Of a stretch of DNA of 41,452 nt, positions 38,392 to 41,452 are shown piece by piece (the stretch's first letter is position 1; every line of letters starts with the position of its first letter). Location of the stretch: positions 1-41,452 of the IMG/VR virus record IMGVR_UViG_3300032144_000028; one strand, 5' to 3'. The notes below the pieces were generated by a model. The model had not been told where the DNA came from. It saw only the letters and a program-made list of their open reading frames with translations, and ran no database searches. The DNA comes from a virus. Both the position numbers and the translations under genes were made by a program.

Positions 38392-38439
38392 GGGCCGGCG
38401 CCCTCGCGGTTCCCGCGCGGCGCCGGCCCGCTTCCTTCT
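38392..38439 (+). terminator. Strong GC hairpin with pyrimidine/T-containing tail (terminator or attenuator candidate)
   Basis: GGGCCGGCGCC (38392-38402) pairs perfectly with GGCGCCGGCCC (38419-38429). An inner CGCGG/CCGCG pair lies in the loop. Followed by GCTTCCTTCT, located between the decoration and neck genes. Confidence 0.5.
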
Positions 38440-38444
38440 GACTG

Positions 38445-38828
38445 ATGAGCTGGAGAGACCACGCCGACCTCGCCCAGGAGGTGATCCTGGACGCCTTCGC
38501 CGACCGGGACCCGGCCGGCGTCCTCTCCGTCACCTACGAGCCCGAGGGGGGCGTCGCCCGTCCGATCCGGGCGATCTTCCGCGAGCCCCACGAGGAGCTC
38601 GCCCTCGACCCCCTGCAGGCGCCGGTCTCCATGTGGCGCCCGCGCCTCGGGGTGAAGATCGCGGACCTCCTGCCGGACTGGCCGATCCCGCGCGGCTCGC
38701 GCTTCGTGATCCGACGCCCGCCCGCCGGCGACCCCCGCGACGACGCCTCGGAGGGCCGCTACGAGGTCGTCGACCGCCAGATCGACGGGGAGGGCCTCGT
38801 CGAGCTCTACCTGCGCCTCAAGGACTGA
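38445..38828 (+). CDS. Putative head-tail connector/neck protein
   Basis: ATG 38445, 127 aa. Assigned by position between the head and tail modules. ...RPIRAIFREPHEELALDPLQAPVSMWRPRLGVKIADL...RYEVVDRQIDGEGLVELYLRLKD*. Confidence 0.45.
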   Translation: MSWRDHADLAQEVILDAFADRDPAGVLSVTYEPEGGVARPIRAIFREPHEELALDPLQAPVSMWRPRLGVKIADLLPDWPIPRGSRFVIRRPPAGDPRDDASEGRYEVVDRQIDGEGLVELYLRLKD

Positions 38829-39443
38829 ATGTCGCTCGAGCGCCGCACCCTCCGCTGCTTCTTCGCCGAGGCCCTTAAGGGGCGCACGGTCGCCGGCCAG
38901 AACGTGGTGCCGCAGCGGTCGGACCCGATCCTGCCGGACGTCGAGCTGGACGGGGTCGAGGTCTTCGCCTCCCTCATGGTCTACACGCTCGCCGAAGAGG
39001 TCGAGCGCCACGCCGACACGCCCCGGACCTACGCCCGGACGGTCGACCTGGCCGTCGAGGTCTTCGCCCAGCAAGGTCCCGAGGCAGACGCCCAGGCCCT
39101 CGAGGACCTGATCGACGACGTCTGCGACCAGGTCGAGTGCGTCGTCGACCCGCTGATCCCCCAGCTCTCGCGCGTGGAGCTCCCCGGGACCGGGACGACT
39201 CTCTCGGTGAACCCCTCCCGCTCCACCCTGGCCCGGGTCGAGCTCGACTTCGACTCCCGGGGGGCGAAGCTCTCGGGGGCCGCTCGCCTCGTCTGGCGGA
39301 TCGTCTACTCGACCGAGGTTGACGAGCGGGAGCAGGCCCGGGCGACGGACCTCGAGACCGTCCGCGTCACCTACCGCTTCCCCCCTCCCGACCCGGCCAC
39401 GCCGCCGGCCGCGGAGGATGCAATCGACCTCGCCGGTGGGTAG
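38829..39443 (+). CDS. Putative neck/tail terminator protein (Mu gp37 position)
   Basis: ATG 38829 immediately after the upstream TGA, 204 aa. Assigned mainly by position before the gp38-like and sheath genes. Confidence 0.4.
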   Translation: MSLERRTLRCFFAEALKGRTVAGQNVVPQRSDPILPDVELDGVEVFASLMVYTLAEEVERHADTPRTYARTVDLAVEVFAQQGPEADAQALEDLIDDVCDQVECVVDPLIPQLSRVELPGTGTTLSVNPSRSTLARVELDFDSRGAKLSGAARLVWRIVYSTEVDEREQARATDLETVRVTYRFPPPDPATPPAAEDAIDLAGG

Positions 39444-39455
39444 GGTGAGCGCGCG

Positions 39456-39677
39456 ATGAGCGAGCGCGCCACCCTCCGACCCGCCCGCGCCGGGCTGATC
39501 GTCCCGGACCCCGACCACGGCGGCCTGCCGCTCCCGAGCACGGGCCGCGAGCTCGTCCTCTCGAGCTACTGGCGAAGGCGCCTCGCCGACGGCGACGTGG
39601 TCGTCGTGACCCCGCCCGCCGAGCGCCCGACCGAGCACCGCCCGACCCTCCGGGGCGACAAGCCCGCCAAGTCCTAG
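39456..39677 (+). CDS. DUF2635 / FluMu gp38-like protein
   Basis: ATG 39456, 73 aa. ...GLIVPDPDHGGLPLPSTGRELVLSSYWRRRLADGDVVVV... Immediately upstream of the sheath, as in Mu-like tails. Confidence 0.65.
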   Translation: MSERATLRPARAGLIVPDPDHGGLPLPSTGRELVLSSYWRRRLADGDVVVVTPPAERPTEHRPTLRGDKPAKS

Positions 39678-39680
39678 CCC

Positions 39681-41153
39681 ATGGTCACCTTCAACCAGGT
39701 CCCGCCCTCGACGCGCGTCCCCTTCGTCTTCGTCGAGATCGACCCCTCGCGCGCGCAGAGCGGGCCGACGATCCAGGAGTACCGCGCGGCGCTGATCGGG
39801 CAGAAGCTGCCCACGACGCCGGTCGCCGAGAACGTGCCGACGCTCGTCACCTCGGCGGACCAGGCCGGGCTCGCCTTCGGCTTCGGCTCGATCCTGCACG
39901 GCATGGCGATCGCCTGGTTCCGGGCGAACCAGTCGACCGAGGTCTGGTGCGTCGGCGTGGAGGACGCCGGCGGCGCGACCAAGGGCACGAAGACCCTGAC
40001 CGTGACCGGGCCCGCCACCGCGGCCGGCACCCTCTTCCTCTACGTGGCCGGCCGCCGGATCGCGGTGGCCGTGGCCTCGGGCGACTCGGCGAACACGATC
40101 GCGGCCAGCATCGACGCGGCGATCGCGGCGAGCGAGTTCGCCGACGAGCTGCCGGTGACCTCCGGCGTCGCGACCAACGTCGTGACCCTGACGGCCCGCA
40201 ACGGCGGCACCCAGGGGAACTCGATCGACGTCCGCTTCAATCACCTGACCGGCGAGGTCTTCCCGACGGGCGTCTCGGTCGCCGTCGCGACCGGCGCCTC
40301 CGGCGCGACGGACCCGACCCTGGGCAACGCGCTCGCCGCCCTCGGTGCCAGGCAGTACCACGTCCTCGCGGTCGGCCTGAACGACGCCACCTCGATCGGG
40401 GCCGTCGACGCCGAGCTCGCCTCGCGCTTCGGGCCCTCGGTGCAGCTCGAGGGGCACGCCTTCTACGGCAAGGCGGACACCCACGCGAACCTGGTCACCT
40501 TCGGGGACGGGCTGAACTCGAAGCACACCACGGTCGTCGGCCTGAAGGCCCCGCTCTCGCCGACCTGGGAACTGGCGGCCTCCGTCGCCGGCGTCGTGGC
40601 CTTCTTCGGCCAGGCGGACCCGGCGCGCCCCTTCAAGACGCTCGAGCTCCCCGGCTTCGTCGGGCCGGCCCTGGCGGACCGCTTCACGCTCACCGAGCGC
40701 GACCTCCTGCTCAAGAACGGGATCGCGACCGCGGTGGTCGACGACGTCGGCGTCGCGCGTTGCGAGCGCCTGATCACGACCTGGCAGACCAACGCCACCG
40801 GCGCCGCGGACGTCTCCTTCCTGGACGTGAACACGCTGCTCACGCTCTCTTACCTGCGCTTCGACCTGCGCACGCGCTTCCAGACGACGTTCCCGCGCCA
40901 CAAGCTGGCCGACGACGGCACGCGCTACGGGCCGGGCCAGCCGATCGTCACCCCGAAGGTGGCGCGCGCCTTCTGCGCGACGCTCTTCCGCTCGTGGGAG
41001 GAGCTCGGCCTGGTCGAGGGCTTCGACCAGTTCGTGCGCGACCTGGTCGTCGAGCGCAACGCGACGGACCGCAACCGGCTCGACCTGCTCCTCCCGCCCG
41101 ACCTCGTGAACCAGCTGCAGGTCACGGGCGTCTCCCTCCAGTTCCTCCTCTGA
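39681..41153 (+). CDS. Contractile tail sheath protein (Mu gpL / FluMu gp39-like)
   Basis: ATG 39681, 490 aa. MVTFNQVPPSTRVPFVFVEIDPSRAQSGPTIQEYRAALIGQK...LTVTGPATAAGTLFLYVAGRRIAVAVASGDSANTIAASIDAAI...TLTARNGGTQGNSIDVRFN... Confidence 0.85.
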   Translation: MVTFNQVPPSTRVPFVFVEIDPSRAQSGPTIQEYRAALIGQKLPTTPVAENVPTLVTSADQAGLAFGFGSILHGMAIAWFRANQSTEVWCVGVEDAGGATKGTKTLTVTGPATAAGTLFLYVAGRRIAVAVASGDSANTIAASIDAAIAASEFADELPVTSGVATNVVTLTARNGGTQGNSIDVRFNHLTGEVFPTGVSVAVATGASGATDPTLGNALAALGARQYHVLAVGLNDATSIGAVDAELASRFGPSVQLEGHAFYGKADTHANLVTFGDGLNSKHTTVVGLKAPLSPTWELAASVAGVVAFFGQADPARPFKTLELPGFVGPALADRFTLTERDLLLKNGIATAVVDDVGVARCERLITTWQTNATGAADVSFLDVNTLLTLSYLRFDLRTRFQTTFPRHKLADDGTRYGPGQPIVTPKVARAFCATLFRSWEELGLVEGFDQFVRDLVVERNATDRNRLDLLLPPDLVNQLQVTGVSLQFLL

Positions 41154-41161
41154 GCTGACCC

Positions 41162-41452
41162 ATGGCCTCCCGCATCGGTGGCACCCTCTTCGTGGCCTAC
41201 AACGGCCAGCGCCTCTCCGTGCGCGGCAACTGGAGCGTCGGCTTCGGACGGCCCAAGCGCGAGGCGGTCGTCGGCATGGACGGCGTCCACGGCTACAAGG
41301 AGATGCCCCAGGTCGGCTTCATCGAGGGCGAGGCCTCGGCCACGCCGGACCTCGACGTCCCCGCGCTGCTCGAGCTGCGCGACGCGACGATCACCGCGGA
41401 GCTGGCGAACGGGAAGGTCGCCGTGCTCCGCGACGCCTGGCAGGCCCAGGAG
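41162..41452 (+). CDS. Tail tube protein, N-terminal part (continues at 1..196 after removing the 127-nt overlap)
   Basis: ATG 41162. MASRIGGTLFVAYNGQRLSVRGNWSVGFGRPKREAVVGMDGVHGYKEMPQVGFIEGEASATPDLDVP... The merged product is about 120 aa. Confidence 0.8.
   Translation, partial: MASRIGGTLFVAYNGQRLSVRGNWSVGFGRPKREAVVGMDGVHGYKEMPQVGFIEGEASATPDLDVPALLELRDATITAELANGKVAVLRDAWQAQE
41326..41452. repeat. Terminal overlap, right copy (identical to 1..127)
   Basis: Same 127-nt string as the window start. Confidence 0.9.

Noticed and set aside
1-41452. Classification as a Mu-like transposable phage on the basis of the Mu-type tail genes
   Set aside because: No transposase A/B, Mor/C or Mom-like genes are recognisable. 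The packaging and head genes are lambda-type (Nu1, gpA, W, B-type portal). The Mu similarity is confined to the tail and baseplate module.

Overview
The window is a complete, circularly closed phage genome. Bases 1-127 are identical to 41326-41452, leaving 41,325 unique bp. It is very GC-rich (roughly 70 percent by eye, not computed) and densely coded. Most genes lie on the + strand, and many are chained by 4-nt GTGA/ATGA start-stop overlaps. Modules in circular order: (i) Lambda-type packaging and head genes, 29418-38369: Nu1-like small terminase, a 523-aa ParB-like protein, a small C4 zinc-ribbon protein, gpA-like large terminase, gpW, lambda-B-type portal, one 725-aa fused prohead protease-linker-major capsid protein, and a DUF2190 decoration protein. 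(ii) Neck plus Mu-type contractile tail and baseplate, 38445-41452 continuing at 1-9525: DUF2635/gp38-like, sheath, tube (spans the junction), a double-domain chaperone with a -1 frame extension, tape measure, and homologues of Mu gp43-gp48. An extra 507-aa gene sits between the gp47 and gp48 homologues. (iii) About 12 kb of accessory fibre, enzyme and membrane-protein genes, 9529-21566: a tail fibre, a minus-strand small-gene cassette, a chimeric fibre-N/DUF2190 protein, a secreted beta-helix-like protein, an 839-aa protein with 14 tandem 20-residue repeats, a lipoprotein and a sulfatase-family protein. (iv) An early region of unknown function, 21714-29421. I recognised no integrase, transposase, repressor, replication enzyme, endolysin, tRNA, CRISPR array or reverse transcriptase. 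All function calls come from reading the translated ORFs against remembered family signatures, not from database searches. The many long Arg/Pro/Gly-rich antisense or off-frame ORFs in the track are treated as GC artefacts.
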